A stretch of 64,000 nt of DNA from Nitrospiraceae bacterium (GCA_050246315.1 JBFWWG010000008.1:131609-195608); one strand, 5' to 3'. Positions 41,288-51,645 are shown, counted from the first letter of the stretch. Numbers and translations are program-made. The notes: a model not told the origin generated them from the letters alone.

Positions 41288-42328
41288 ATGCCGGCTCGCC
41301 GGAGGCATCAGGAACCTCGAAGCCTCGATGAGTTCGCGTTTATCACCCTGATCAAGCGGCGGTTCGGTCGCGTCCCCCGTCGAGTCCCCGTCGGCGTGGG
41401 GGACGATGCGGCCGTGGTGCGCGGCTCCTCCCAGGACTGGCTCGTCACGACGGACTTGCTGGTCGAGGACGTGCATTTTTCCCTCGACACGATATCGTTC
41501 GATGACCTCGGATACAAGGCGGCGGCGGCCAATCTAAGCGACATCGCCGCGATGGGAGGAACACCGACCAGCCTCGTGGTGGCGCTGGCAATTCCCAAGA
41601 CCGTCTCCCAGGCGGACCTCTCACGCTTATACCGTGGTATCCACCGCGCCTGCCGTCCATACAAGGTGAGCCTGATCGGGGGAGACACCTCCGCATCACG
41701 CGGCGGTCTGTTCCTGAGCATCACCTTGTTCGGGGAAGTTGCGCGAGACCGCGCCATTCTCCGGTCCGGAGCCAAACCGGGTGACCTGTTGTACGTCAGT
41801 GGAAGATTGGGGGAATCGCGGGCCGGCTTGATGTTGCTCGAGAACGCACAGGCACCCAGAATTCGCTCGGGACTCAGACGCGCCGACCGGGCTCGCTTGA
41901 TTGGCCGGCACCGGCACCCGACCCCTCGCGTGACGCTCGGACAGGCGCTCTCGTCGCAACGGCTTGCGACCGCGATGATCGACCTCTCCGACGGCCTGAC
42001 CGGAGACCTCGCGCATCTGTGCGAAGAAAGCCGCGTCGGCGCCCTCTTGGATTGTTCGGCGCTGCCCCTCTCACCTGCGTTGCGCAGATTTGCCATGCTG
42101 GCCGGCTCTTCCGCCGATTTGCTGGCGCTTCAGGGAGGGGAGGACTACGAGTTGCTATTTACCCTGTCTCCCCGGCATGAAACAGCGGTGGTCCGGCTAG
42201 GCCAGCGCCTCAACGTAGCCGTGACCAGAATCGGTCTCATGATGCCGGCCCGCTTCGGCATGAAGCAGCAGGATGGCCACGGCAACCTGAAGGACCTGGT
42301 CATCACCAGTTATCGACATTTCACCTGA
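41288..42328 (+). CDS. thiL: Thiamine-phosphate kinase
   Basis: GVGDDAAV, NLSDIAAMGG, LIGGDT, MIDLSDGL, GGEDYELL. Confidence 0.93.
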   Translation: MPARRRHQEPRSLDEFAFITLIKRRFGRVPRRVPVGVGDDAAVVRGSSQDWLVTTDLLVEDVHFSLDTISFDDLGYKAAAANLSDIAAMGGTPTSLVVALAIPKTVSQADLSRLYRGIHRACRPYKVSLIGGDTSASRGGLFLSITLFGEVARDRAILRSGAKPGDLLYVSGRLGESRAGLMLLENAQAPRIRSGLRRADRARLIGRHRHPTPRVTLGQALSSQRLATAMIDLSDGLTGDLAHLCEESRVGALLDCSALPLSPALRRFAMLAGSSADLLALQGGEDYELLFTLSPRHETAVVRLGQRLNVAVTRIGLMMPARFGMKQQDGHGNLKDLVITSYRHFT

Positions 42329-42346
42329 GTCAGCTTCACGCGAGCG

Positions 42347-42838
42347 ATGAGTTCGTCGTCCCGACTCCGCAGCCTCTTGCGCCAGATTCTTCACCTGCAG
42401 GAATCACCGCACAGGACGGCGTTCGCGTTCGCTCTTGGCGTGTTCCTCACTTTTTCCCCGCCATACGGCCTGCATATGCTGATGGCGGTGTTCTGCGCCT
42501 GGGCCTTTCGCCTGAACTTTGTGGCGCTGTTGGCCGGCCTCTGCGTCAACACGCCTTGGACGCTCGTGGCTGTGCTCGGGGGGACGCTCTGGTTGGGCTG
42601 TGTCTTGCTCGGCATCCCTTTTCCCACCACACTGGATTGGGGCGATACCAGTCCCTCAGCCATTTTCAACCAAGTGACTCCCTATCTCCTTCCCTTCGTT
42701 GTCGGCGGGACAGTCCTTAGCCTGGTCGCGGGCCTGCTCGCCTACCCGGTCGCCTATTGGCTAATCAGCCGCTACCGAGACCGAGCGGACAGCCAGATGC
42801 GGAACACCCCGTTGCCGCCTTCGGAGAGGCTCGGGTAA
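42347..42838 (+). CDS. DUF2062 family membrane protein
   Basis: SPHRTAFAFALGVF..FSPPYGLH..NTPWT pattern, hydrophobic. Confidence 0.75.
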   Translation: MSSSSRLRSLLRQILHLQESPHRTAFAFALGVFLTFSPPYGLHMLMAVFCAWAFRLNFVALLAGLCVNTPWTLVAVLGGTLWLGCVLLGIPFPTTLDWGDTSPSAIFNQVTPYLLPFVVGGTVLSLVAGLLAYPVAYWLISRYRDRADSQMRNTPLPPSERLG

Positions 42839-42839
42839 G

Positions 42840-44285
42840 ATGCGACCACCTCTGCACACACCCATGGCACCCTCGAATGACCCTGCGGCCAAGCCCTATG
42901 ACGGATGCGCGCTGATCGCCGATCCGATCCATGAATATGTGTTCTTCACCGTACCACTGGACTTGCCCGACCCGTCGGAGCGGACCGAAAAGGATTTGAT
43001 CGATTCGCCCTGGATCCAACGCCTCCGCTACATTTATCAACTCCAAAGCGCCCGGTGGGTCTACCCCTCGGCCGAGCACAGCCGGTTTGTGCATTCGGTC
43101 GGCACCATGCACGTGGCCGGCCGGTTCGGCCGGCACCTCTATCCCTTCTTGAAAAAGGCGGCGCCCGATTGTCCGTCCGCGCACTACGTGGAGGAATTTT
43201 TACGGGTGACCGCGCTGGTGCACGACATCGGCCATGGTCCCTTCTGCCACTTTTTCGACGATAACTTCCTGTCGACCTATGACCTCACGCACGAACGCAT
43301 TGGGCAGATGATCATTCGCGAGCACCTCGGACCGGCAATCAGAAAAATTCGCCGTAGCCCCAGCGGCCCGTTTGCCAAAGGAGAGGAACTCGACCCGGCG
43401 CAGATCGCGCACGTCATCCTCAAGGAGAAGGGAAAGGACAACTCGCGCCTCCCCCGATGGCTGGCTTATCTCCAGCCAGTCATCTCCGGCAGTTATACGG
43501 CGGATAATCTCGATTACGTCTTGAGGGATTCCTACATGTGCGGAGTGGCGGTCGGGCCGGTGGATCTGGACCGGCTGATCCACTACACGATGCTGACCAG
43601 ACAGGGGTTCACGATCCATAAGACGGGACTCCCGGCGCTTCAAATGTTCCTCACCACGCGCATGTATCTGTACTCCAACGTCTACTACCATCGAACCACC
43701 CGGGCGATCGACATTCATCTTCGCGACATCTTCGGCGACAGCATGAAGCTCCTGTTTCCACACGACCCACGGCGTCATCTCGAGAGGTACCTCGATCTCA
43801 CCGATTGGTCGCTCCTCGAACAGGTCCGCACCTGGCGGTCGTCTCGCCAGCGGAACCGGCGCCGGCTCGCGGCGGAATGGGCAAGGATTCTGGGACGCGA
43901 TGTGAAGTGGAAAATGGCCTACAGCACGGTGCTGAAAGAGAAGGGCCAGGAACGCGGCCTAGACTTTCCCAGCCATACACACTTCGAGCAGGTGATCAGA
44001 AAAGAGCTCTCGGTTTCTCGCCAGCGGATCGCCTTCCGTGTCGATATGGCCCCGCTTGACCCTCGTCCGGACCCCAAAGATCTGAGCAGCAAGCCGCTGT
44101 TTGTCTTCGACCCCGGAACCAAAGGGGTCTCTCGTGAGCCGCTGGAGGAATTCCTCGATCTCCTGCCGACGAGGCTGATCCAATTCCGCATCTATGCCCT
44201 CGACCACGGACACGACGCAGAGCTCTCGCGGGCTGCTGCCGCGGTGCTCAACCGGACTCCGTCCAGCAGCCCGACCAATCTGTAA
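42840..44285 (+). CDS. HD-domain phosphohydrolase (dNTP triphosphohydrolase/SAMHD1-like)
   Basis: DPIH, QRLRYIYQL, HSRFVHSVG, HDIGHGPFCH, DNLDYVLRDS, VYYHRT. Confidence 0.88.
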   Translation: MRPPLHTPMAPSNDPAAKPYDGCALIADPIHEYVFFTVPLDLPDPSERTEKDLIDSPWIQRLRYIYQLQSARWVYPSAEHSRFVHSVGTMHVAGRFGRHLYPFLKKAAPDCPSAHYVEEFLRVTALVHDIGHGPFCHFFDDNFLSTYDLTHERIGQMIIREHLGPAIRKIRRSPSGPFAKGEELDPAQIAHVILKEKGKDNSRLPRWLAYLQPVISGSYTADNLDYVLRDSYMCGVAVGPVDLDRLIHYTMLTRQGFTIHKTGLPALQMFLTTRMYLYSNVYYHRTTRAIDIHLRDIFGDSMKLLFPHDPRRHLERYLDLTDWSLLEQVRTWRSSRQRNRRRLAAEWARILGRDVKWKMAYSTVLKEKGQERGLDFPSHTHFEQVIRKELSVSRQRIAFRVDMAPLDPRPDPKDLSSKPLFVFDPGTKGVSREPLEEFLDLLPTRLIQFRIYALDHGHDAELSRAAAAVLNRTPSSSPTNL

Positions 44286-44298
44286 GGCCATCATCGAA

Positions 44299-44340
44299 AC
44301 CGTCAGACCGGATCGACAGGTCGTTCCGTCTGATGACGGT
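44299..44340. terminator. Hairpin between convergent genes, possible bidirectional terminator
   Basis: accgtca...tgacggt with nested tcaga/tctga and cgga/tccg arms. U-tracts are weak. Confidence 0.3.
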
Positions 44341-44379
44341 GATTTCTGTTTCGAGAGTTTGACGGGGAACAGGAGGCGG

Positions 44380-45324
44380 CTATCGCGGTGCGGCGCCGTT
44401 CATAAGCGGCAATCCGACCAACGCGTAGGGATTGATCCAGGCTCCGTTGAGTCGAACCCCCCAGTGTAGATGCGGGCCGGTCGCCCTGCCGCTCGCTCCG
44501 ACCTTGCCGATCACTTGGCCGGCCCTGACTGGGTCCCCGTCCTTCACGAGGACTTCGGAGAGATGAAAATACATGGAGTACAGCCCCAACCCATGGTCGA
44601 GGTAGACGCCCAAGCCGGAAAACACATGGTCGACGGTCAGCCGCACAATCCCATCGTTCGTGGCCACCACATCGGCGCCTGTGGGAGCGGCGATGTCCTC
44701 TCCCCGATGAGGGCTCTTGGGTTGGCCGTTCAGGACACGGACGCTCCCGAACCGTCCGCTCCGCTTCCCGCCCACCGGCTCTAGAAAATCCACCGACCAT
44801 AAGCGGATCCGCGAGTCGTCCGCCAGCGCCGCCCGTACCTGTTCCTGCTCGCGCTTGTAGCGGGCCACCCCCTGCTCGTCGAGGTCCACCTTCTCCTTCG
44901 GCAACTTGAGCCGCTCGACGCTGAACTTCTCCTTGAGCACAAGGATGTTGTAGCTCAGACGCCGCTGCTGCTCGCCATTTCGGATCTCGACCACCAACTC
45001 ATGCGTTCCTGGGTCGTCCTGCAAATCGAGACCCAACAACGCCACCGATCCTGGGGCCTGTCCAGAGCGATATTCGGGAAAGAACGGGATGGGCCGCCCC
45101 AGGAAGGTCCCGGACAGCACCGCCGTCGGCTCCTCGATCGGCACCTTGACGACCAAGACCTGCCCCTGCCTTCCGCTGAGCTGCCCGTCGGTCCCATGTA
45201 GGACTTGCGGGCCGGACGGCAACCATTCCACGGGAAAGATGCTCGCGAGAATGACGATGGCCGAGAGGGTGACACGCTCGGCATACCCCATCGCCAAGGA
45301 AGGCCTGCCCGACGGGATCGTCAT
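44380..45324 (-). CDS. M23 family metallopeptidase
   Basis: HRGEDIAAPTG, DHGLGLYSMYFHLS, TGPHLHW. ATG overlaps the pafA stop (ATGA). Confidence 0.9.
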   Translation of the reverse strand: MTIPSGRPSLAMGYAERVTLSAIVILASIFPVEWLPSGPQVLHGTDGQLSGRQGQVLVVKVPIEEPTAVLSGTFLGRPIPFFPEYRSGQAPGSVALLGLDLQDDPGTHELVVEIRNGEQQRRLSYNILVLKEKFSVERLKLPKEKVDLDEQGVARYKREQEQVRAALADDSRIRLWSVDFLEPVGGKRSGRFGSVRVLNGQPKSPHRGEDIAAPTGADVVATNDGIVRLTVDHVFSGLGVYLDHGLGLYSMYFHLSEVLVKDGDPVRAGQVIGKVGASGRATGPHLHWGVRLNGAWINPYALVGLPLMNGAAPR

Positions 45325-46697
45325 CGATAGAACCTCAGTCCGGCCACCTGGGAGACCAATTCCTCCACCCGCCGGTTGATCGGGCTGAAAGGATCCATGC
45401 ACAGAATCGTTTCTTCCCAATATCCATTCAGCTTCAAGTAGGTCCAGTCCACCGTATAGGATCGATTTTTGGCTCGTGCAAATCGGATGAAGTCGCCGCG
45501 CACCTTCGCGCGGGTTGTTTGCGGCGGTACGGACATCGCCCGCTGGATCGATTCCTCTCCGACGATCCGTTCGACCATGCCTTTGGACTCCATCAGATAA
45601 TAAAGCCCCCGGGTCCGTTTCACATCATGAAATTGCAAATCCATCAGGAAGACGCGTGGGTCGTCCCACCCGCATCCCCTTTTCTCGACGAACGACTGGA
45701 TGAGGTACCGCTTGGCGACCCAATCCACCTCTCGGACCAACTGCATGGGCTCCTCATCCAACCGATCCAACACCGCCGCCCACTTGGACAGCACATCGTC
45801 CATCACGTCGTCATAGGGCTGCGTGCCCAGATACTCGCGCGCCCGTTCGAGATAGACGCGCTGGATCTCAATGGCGCTCATCTGCCGGCCGTCGTCCAGC
45901 CGAATTTTCTTCTTGAGCGTCGAGTCGCGCGAGATTTCGCGAATCGCTTTCACCGGGTCCTCCAACTCCATACCGGCGACGTTGAACCCGTCCTCGATCA
46001 TCGACAGAACCAGCGCCGCCGTCCCGATCTTGAGGTAGGTAGCGAACTCGGACATATTGGAATCGCCGACGATGATGTGCAGGCGACGATACTTTTCCGC
46101 ATCGGCGTGCGGCTCATCTCTGGTATTGATGATGCTTCGGGATGATGTGGTCGATGAGGAGGTCTTCTCATGGATATGCTGCGCGCGCTGCGAGATAAAG
46201 AATTGCGGCTTGCCCGACACCTTCAATACCTTGCCGGAACCGGAGAAGATCTGCCGGGTCACGAAGAACGGGATCAACTGCTCCGTCACTTTCCAGAAGT
46301 CCACGTCCCGGCGCATCAGATAATTCTCATGGCACCCGTAGGTGTTGCCGAGGGAGTCGGTATTGTTCTTGAAGATGTAGATTTCGCCGGACAAGCCTTC
46401 CTCGCGCAACCGCTCCTCCGCCGCCGGGAGACAGGCCTCGAGCAACCGCTCTCCGGCCTTGTCATGCACGACAAGATCCACGATGTTGTCGCATTCCGGC
46501 GTGGAATACTCGGGATGGCAGCCGGTGTCCTGGTAGAAGCGGGCGCCGTTGACCAAGAAGGCGTTGGACGGCCAACTGTTGGGGATCAGCCCCTCAAAGA
46601 TATAGCCCAGCACCTTCTCCATGGGCAGATAGATGCGCCCATTGGGAGAAAAAATGAGGCCATACTCGTTCTCAAGGCCGAAGATCCGGGGTCTCAT
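45321..46697 (-). CDS. pafA: Pup-protein ligase
   Basis: RIFGLENEYG, NGARFYQD, HPEYSTPEC, YGCHENY, ISQRA, RDEPHADAEKYRRLHII, VDWTYLKLN, DPF. Confidence 0.92.
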   Translation of the reverse strand: MRPRIFGLENEYGLIFSPNGRIYLPMEKVLGYIFEGLIPNSWPSNAFLVNGARFYQDTGCHPEYSTPECDNIVDLVVHDKAGERLLEACLPAAEERLREEGLSGEIYIFKNNTDSLGNTYGCHENYLMRRDVDFWKVTEQLIPFFVTRQIFSGSGKVLKVSGKPQFFISQRAQHIHEKTSSSTTSSRSIINTRDEPHADAEKYRRLHIIVGDSNMSEFATYLKIGTAALVLSMIEDGFNVAGMELEDPVKAIREISRDSTLKKKIRLDDGRQMSAIEIQRVYLERAREYLGTQPYDDVMDDVLSKWAAVLDRLDEEPMQLVREVDWVAKRYLIQSFVEKRGCGWDDPRVFLMDLQFHDVKRTRGLYYLMESKGMVERIVGEESIQRAMSVPPQTTRAKVRGDFIRFARAKNRSYTVDWTYLKLNGYWEETILCMDPFSPINRRVEELVSQVAGLRFYR

Positions 46698-46783
46698 GAA
46701 GCTGTAGGCCAGCAAAATTCAGCATACACGCCATCCGGACGCACTGCAACCAACCGATGTCGAGAGAGGTCGAAAGAAGGGTG

Positions 46784-47470
46784 TTACGTGGCCAGCAATC
46801 GGCGCACATCCTGAACGGGAATGCGGCGAAACTTGCGACCGTCCCGTGTGCGATCAAGCACCGCCACTTCGAGGCTTTCCAAAGTCAATTTCTGAGTGGA
46901 GCCGCTTTCGAGAGCAGCCTGCGAAAGGGAGAGCGCCTGATCCAGCGATGGCAGCGCACCGGGCATACGCTCCTTCAAAAATCCCTGAAGCACCTCGGCG
47001 CGCCCGCCGATGACGGCGTATCCGCGCTCGTCGATGATGCTCCCGTCGAAAGAAATCCGATAGATTTCATTGGGCTGGCCGGACACACCCACGCCTACCA
47101 CCAGGATTTCCACTTCGAGCGGTTTCAATTCTTGGCTGAAGATCGTCCCCAGCGCCTGTGAATAGGTGTTCGCCAGCGACCGGGCCGTCACGTCCTCCCG
47201 ACTGTAGGCGAACCCTTTCAAATCGGCGTGGCGGATCCCGGCCTTCCGGAGATTCTCGAACTCGCTGTACTTGCCCGCACCCGAGAAGGCGATCGTGTCG
47301 TAGATCTCCGAAATCTTGTGCAACGAGGCGCTGGGGTTGTCGGCGGTGAGCAGCACGCCGTCGGCATACTCCATCGCCACGATCGACCGTCCCTTGGCGA
47401 TGCCTTTCTTGGCGTACTCCGCCTTATCCTGCATCATCTGCTCGGGAGAGACGTAGTATGGCAGCGGCAT
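46784..47470 (-). CDS. prcA: 20S proteasome alpha subunit
   Basis: PYYVSPEQMMQDKAEYAKKGIAKGRS, LHKISEIYD, YSREDV, LEVAVLDR. Confidence 0.95.
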   Translation of the reverse strand: MPLPYYVSPEQMMQDKAEYAKKGIAKGRSIVAMEYADGVLLTADNPSASLHKISEIYDTIAFSGAGKYSEFENLRKAGIRHADLKGFAYSREDVTARSLANTYSQALGTIFSQELKPLEVEILVVGVGVSGQPNEIYRISFDGSIIDERGYAVIGGRAEVLQGFLKERMPGALPSLDQALSLSQAALESGSTQKLTLESLEVAVLDRTRDGRKFRRIPVQDVRRLLAT

Positions 47471-48294
47471 CAGGAGGCCTCTTGCGATCGACGAGAGATG
47501 ATTTCCGTATAGGCGGAACGAATGCGTTCGGTGTCCACATCCGTGATACCACCGCTCGTCACCAACTTCGCGGTCGGAAAGATCCCGCGCACGAGATCCG
47601 GCCCTCCCGTGCCTACATCGTCCTCCGCCGCGTTGTACAGCGCCAGAAGAGCTAGCCGCAGGGCGTCGTCCTCCGGCAGGCGCCGCCGATAATGCTCGCG
47701 CATCGTGTTTCTGGCATCTTTCCCACCGGACCCGATGGCGTGATAATCCGATTCTTCGTACCGCCCTCCCGCGAGATCGTACTTGAAGATGCGCCCCTCC
47801 CCTCGGACCAGATCGAATCCGACATAGATCGGCATGACGACCAATCCCTGGAAGACCATCGGAAGGTTGGCCTTGACCATCTGACCGAGTTTGTTCGCTT
47901 TGCCTTCGCAGGAGAGGGGTACCCCTTCGATCTTTTCATAGTGCTCCAGCTCCGTCTGGAACAATCGGGCCATCTCGATACAGGGACCTGCGGCCCCGGC
48001 GATCGCCATGGCAGAATGGGAATCGATCGCAAAGACCTTTTCGATTCGACGTTCGGCGATCTGGAACCCCTCCGTGGCCCGTCGATCACCAGCGATGACG
48101 AGTCCTACGTCAAATTTGAGTGCGAGCACCGTAGTCCCGGTCGGCAGCGAGACCTGTCCAGACCGGAGCGTCATCTCGCTCGATTGGGAGGACGGAGTCC
48201 GCCGATCCGCCGCTGGTGTCAGCTCCGGCCGCTGCTTGAGCAGCAGATCGAAAAAACTCGAACCCTCGTCATAGGGAAAGAACGGTAGCTTCAT
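47470..48294 (-). CDS. prcB: 20S proteasome beta subunit with propeptide
   Basis: Autocleavage site LPTG|TTVLAL, AGDRRAT, GKANKL, GSGG, TGGPDL. Confidence 0.95.
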   Translation of the reverse strand: MKLPFFPYDEGSSFFDLLLKQRPELTPAADRRTPSSQSSEMTLRSGQVSLPTGTTVLALKFDVGLVIAGDRRATEGFQIAERRIEKVFAIDSHSAMAIAGAAGPCIEMARLFQTELEHYEKIEGVPLSCEGKANKLGQMVKANLPMVFQGLVVMPIYVGFDLVRGEGRIFKYDLAGGRYEESDYHAIGSGGKDARNTMREHYRRRLPEDDALRLALLALYNAAEDDVGTGGPDLVRGIFPTAKLVTSGGITDVDTERIRSAYTEIISRRSQEAS

Positions 48295-48336
48295 GATTTC
48301 GGCGGTCGGGACGGCATGGACCTAGGCACGGACACA

Positions 48337-49833
48337 TCAAGCCGTGAGTTTCGACAGGAGTTGCGCAGCGGTCTCGCATCCTTCCAGCAGTTCCCGCGTC
48401 AAGGCCTCCGTTCCGCGGGTCGGTTCGAGCAATGGCACTTTCTTGACGGTGGTGTTGCCGACATCGAACAGGACAGAGGTCCAGCTCCCACCGTAGATGG
48501 ATGACGCAAATTTCTTGAGGCAGGTACCACGGAAATAGGCTCGCGTCTTGGTCGGAGGATGGAACTCGGCCTGGCCGATGGCCGCATCCGTGACGATCCG
48601 CTCGATCCGATCAGTCCGCTCCAACGCGTAGTAGAGTCCCTTCTCGGGACGCACGTCATGGTATTGGAGGTCCAATAACAACACGCGCGGATCATTCCAG
48701 CCGCAGCTCTTTCGGTCCATGTACGATTCGATCATCTGCCGCTTGGCGACCCAGTCGAGTTCCCGAGCCAGCGCCATTGGCTCCCGCTCCAGCTTGTCCA
48801 GCACGTCATCCCAGCGGGACAGGACTTGTTGGTACGCGGGCGAGAGCGGATGGCTTGCGGCATACTCTGTCACGGACCGCAGGTATGCCCGCTGCACGGC
48901 GATGGCCGTAGTGGGCCGGCCATCGATCAGCTTCAACGTCTGTTTAACATCGAGATCCCGCGACACCTGTTTGATGGCCCGAACCGGATCATCTAACTCA
49001 AACACAGGTAACGGCCATCCGGCCTCGATCAATGTCAACACCAGCGCCATCGTCCCAACCTTGAGATAGGTCGAGAGTTCCGCCATGTTGGCGTCACCGA
49101 CGATTACATGAAGTCGCCGGTACTTGGACGAATCCGAGTGAGGTTCGTCGCGGGTGTTCATGAGGGGCCGCCGAACCATGGTGTTCAAATCGACGAGACA
49201 TTCGAAAAAGTCCGCGCGTTGCGAAATTTGGTACTCGCAGGGAGCCGTCTGGTTTTCGGCTCCGACTTTTCCAGCCCCGACAAAGATGAGGCGTGTCACA
49301 AAAAACGGAATCAACGCCTTTGTCAATTGGTCGAACGGTACGGCGCGTGAAACCAAGTAATTCTCATGGTACCCATAGCTGTTGCCCTTGCCATCCGAAT
49401 TGTTCTTGTAGAGGACGAACTGGTCGGCTCCGCGCGAACGGGTCAGCGCATCGAGACTCTTGGCCAGCACCAGTTCGCCCGCCCGCTCGTAGGCCACCAA
49501 TTCCGCCGGTTCGAGGCATTCCGGTGTCGAATATTCCGGATGCGCGCCGTCTACGTAAAGGCGCCCCCCGTTGGCCAGGAGCTTATTCAACTGGCGATTG
49601 TAGTCGGGTCCCGGTCGTTCCCGCTCTCCTTCCACTTCAAAGCCGCGGGCGTCCAACAACGGATTCTCGCCTTCGTAGTCCCACACGGCTTGCGGCGCGG
49701 GCAAGGACGGGTAGTGGGCAATGACGTGCAGGGAGTTCGTAACGGGATCCGTCGCCACGCCGTCGCGCGCCGCGATCCCGAACTCCGTTTCGGTTCCGAG
49801 AACCCTTTGAAGGGGCCCTGATTCGGTTGACAT
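48337..49833 (-). CDS. dop: Pup deamidase/depupylase
   Basis: RVLGTETEFGI, WDYEGENPLLDARG, NGGRLYVDGAHPEYSTPE, KGNSYGYHENY, TRAYFRG. Confidence 0.92.
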   Translation of the reverse strand: MSTESGPLQRVLGTETEFGIAARDGVATDPVTNSLHVIAHYPSLPAPQAVWDYEGENPLLDARGFEVEGERERPGPDYNRQLNKLLANGGRLYVDGAHPEYSTPECLEPAELVAYERAGELVLAKSLDALTRSRGADQFVLYKNNSDGKGNSYGYHENYLVSRAVPFDQLTKALIPFFVTRLIFVGAGKVGAENQTAPCEYQISQRADFFECLVDLNTMVRRPLMNTRDEPHSDSSKYRRLHVIVGDANMAELSTYLKVGTMALVLTLIEAGWPLPVFELDDPVRAIKQVSRDLDVKQTLKLIDGRPTTAIAVQRAYLRSVTEYAASHPLSPAYQQVLSRWDDVLDKLEREPMALARELDWVAKRQMIESYMDRKSCGWNDPRVLLLDLQYHDVRPEKGLYYALERTDRIERIVTDAAIGQAEFHPPTKTRAYFRGTCLKKFASSIYGGSWTSVLFDVGNTTVKKVPLLEPTRGTEALTRELLEGCETAAQLLSKLTA

Positions 49834-49857
49834 AGGTAAAACTGACGCGAACCCGAC

Positions 49858-51645
49858 TTAGAGATAGTGCCCGGTCGTAATGGTTTCGATCTGACGCGCC
49901 TCGGAGCCACCACCGATGATGGTACGGATATGGACGATTTTCTCTCCCTTCTTGCCGGCAATTTTCGCCCAATCGTCGGGGTTGGTGGTGTTGGGCAGGT
50001 CTTCGTGTTCCTTGAACTCCTCGCGGATGGCGCGAATCAGATCGTCGCCCCGGAGCCCCTGTCCCTCATTGGCAATCGCGCGCTTCACCGCGAACTTCTT
50101 GGCCCTCGAGACGATGCCTTCGATCAGTGCGCCGCTCGCGAAATCCTTGAAGTACAGGGTTTCCTTCTCTCCATTGGCGTAGGTGACTTCGATGAATTTA
50201 TTCTCGTCGCTGGTGCTGTACATCCTCTCGACGGTCATGGCGATCACATGATCCACGAAAGCGGCTGGGTTGTTTCCATGCCGTTTCACTTCCTCCGCGT
50301 CGAATGGCAGCTCGGTGGTGACGTAGATGGAGAAAATATCCCGTGCGGACGACGCGTCCGGACGGGAGACCTTCACCTTGACGTCGAGTCGCCCGGCTCG
50401 TAATACGGCCGGATCGATGAGGTCCTGTCGGTTGCTGGCTCCGATCACGATCACGTTACGCAGCCGCTCCACGCCGTCGATCTCGGAGAGGAACTGCGGC
50501 ACGATCGTGGATTCAATATCGGATGATATGCCGCTCCCTCTGGTCCGGAACAAGGCGTCCATTTCGTCGAAAAACACGATGACCGGGTGGCCGCCGGCCG
50601 CCCGCTCTTTCGCCTTCTTGAACACCTCGCGGACCTGCCGCTCGGATTCCCCCACATACTTGTTCAAGAGCTCCGGTCCCTTCACATGGAGAAAGAAGCT
50701 CCGCACTTCCTTCCCCGTCAGGTGGCCCAGCTTCCTCGCGATCGAATTCGCCACCGCTTTGGCGATCAGTGTTTTCCCGCAACCGGGAGGACCATACAAC
50801 AACACTCCCTTGGGCGCGCTCAACTTGTATTCGGCGAACAGATGCGGGTGCAGGAACGGCAGCTCGACCGCATCCCGAACCTGTTCGAGCTCCTTCTGAA
50901 GGCCGCCGATATGCTCGTAACTGACATCGGGGACTTCTTCGAGGACGAGTTCCTCGGCCTCGGACTTCGGCAGCTTCTCGATCACATAGCCCGAACGGGG
51001 GTCATACAGCAGATGATCGCCGACGCTCAACCGTTGGCTGAGGAGAGGCTCCCCCAGATCGGCCACCTTTTCCTCGTCGAAGTGCAACGTCACGAGTGCG
51101 CGACGGTCATCCAGGACATCCTTGAGTCTGACGACTTCCCCCTGCCCGTCGAATCCGCGAGATTCGATGATGTTGAGAGCCTCGTTCAGGATGATCTCCT
51201 GGCCCTTGCGTAATCCCTTGTCGGCGACGGCGGGATGCACGTTGACCTTCATCTTTCGACCGGAGACGTAGACGTTGGCCGTCCCGTCGTCATTCAGGCT
51301 CGAGAAAATGGCGAAGCTGGAAGGCGGCGCAGTCAGCTTATCGATCTCGGTCCGCAGCGCTTCGATCTGGGCTTTCGCTTCCTGCAGGGTAGCGGCGAGT
51401 TTTTCGTTCTGACGGTTGGCTTGTTCGAGCTGATAGCGGGATTGGTACAGCCGGTGGATCTCTTCCTCCATCGACTGGATCTGGACGCGGAGCTTCTCGA
51501 TCTCTCGTGAATGCTCGTCGTGTTTCTGCACGGGGGTCGAGTCCTTTTCGGAAAGACGTTTGGTGATCTTTTGGACGGATTCGCGCAGAGAACGGAGCCG
51601 CCCCGATCCTTTTTTTGGCTCCCGCATCCTCCCTGCCGACCCCAT
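49858..51645 (-). CDS. arc: Proteasome-associated AAA ATPase ARC/Mpa
   Basis: N-terminal coiled coil, OB domains, GPPGCGKT, FFDEMD, DLPNTTNPDDWA, C-terminal GHYL (GQYL-like docking motif). Confidence 0.95.
   Translation of the reverse strand: MGSAGRMREPKKGSGRLRSLRESVQKITKRLSEKDSTPVQKHDEHSREIEKLRVQIQSMEEEIHRLYQSRYQLEQANRQNEKLAATLQEAKAQIEALRTEIDKLTAPPSSFAIFSSLNDDGTANVYVSGRKMKVNVHPAVADKGLRKGQEIILNEALNIIESRGFDGQGEVVRLKDVLDDRRALVTLHFDEEKVADLGEPLLSQRLSVGDHLLYDPRSGYVIEKLPKSEAEELVLEEVPDVSYEHIGGLQKELEQVRDAVELPFLHPHLFAEYKLSAPKGVLLYGPPGCGKTLIAKAVANSIARKLGHLTGKEVRSFFLHVKGPELLNKYVGESERQVREVFKKAKERAAGGHPVIVFFDEMDALFRTRGSGISSDIESTIVPQFLSEIDGVERLRNVIVIGASNRQDLIDPAVLRAGRLDVKVKVSRPDASSARDIFSIYVTTELPFDAEEVKRHGNNPAAFVDHVIAMTVERMYSTSDENKFIEVTYANGEKETLYFKDFASGALIEGIVSRAKKFAVKRAIANEGQGLRGDDLIRAIREEFKEHEDLPNTTNPDDWAKIAGKKGEKIVHIRTIIGGGSEARQIETITTGHYL

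Noticed and set aside
51609..51616. Short A-run near the start of arc (minus strand)
   Set aside because: The reading frame is intact across it, so there is no evidence of a frameshift.
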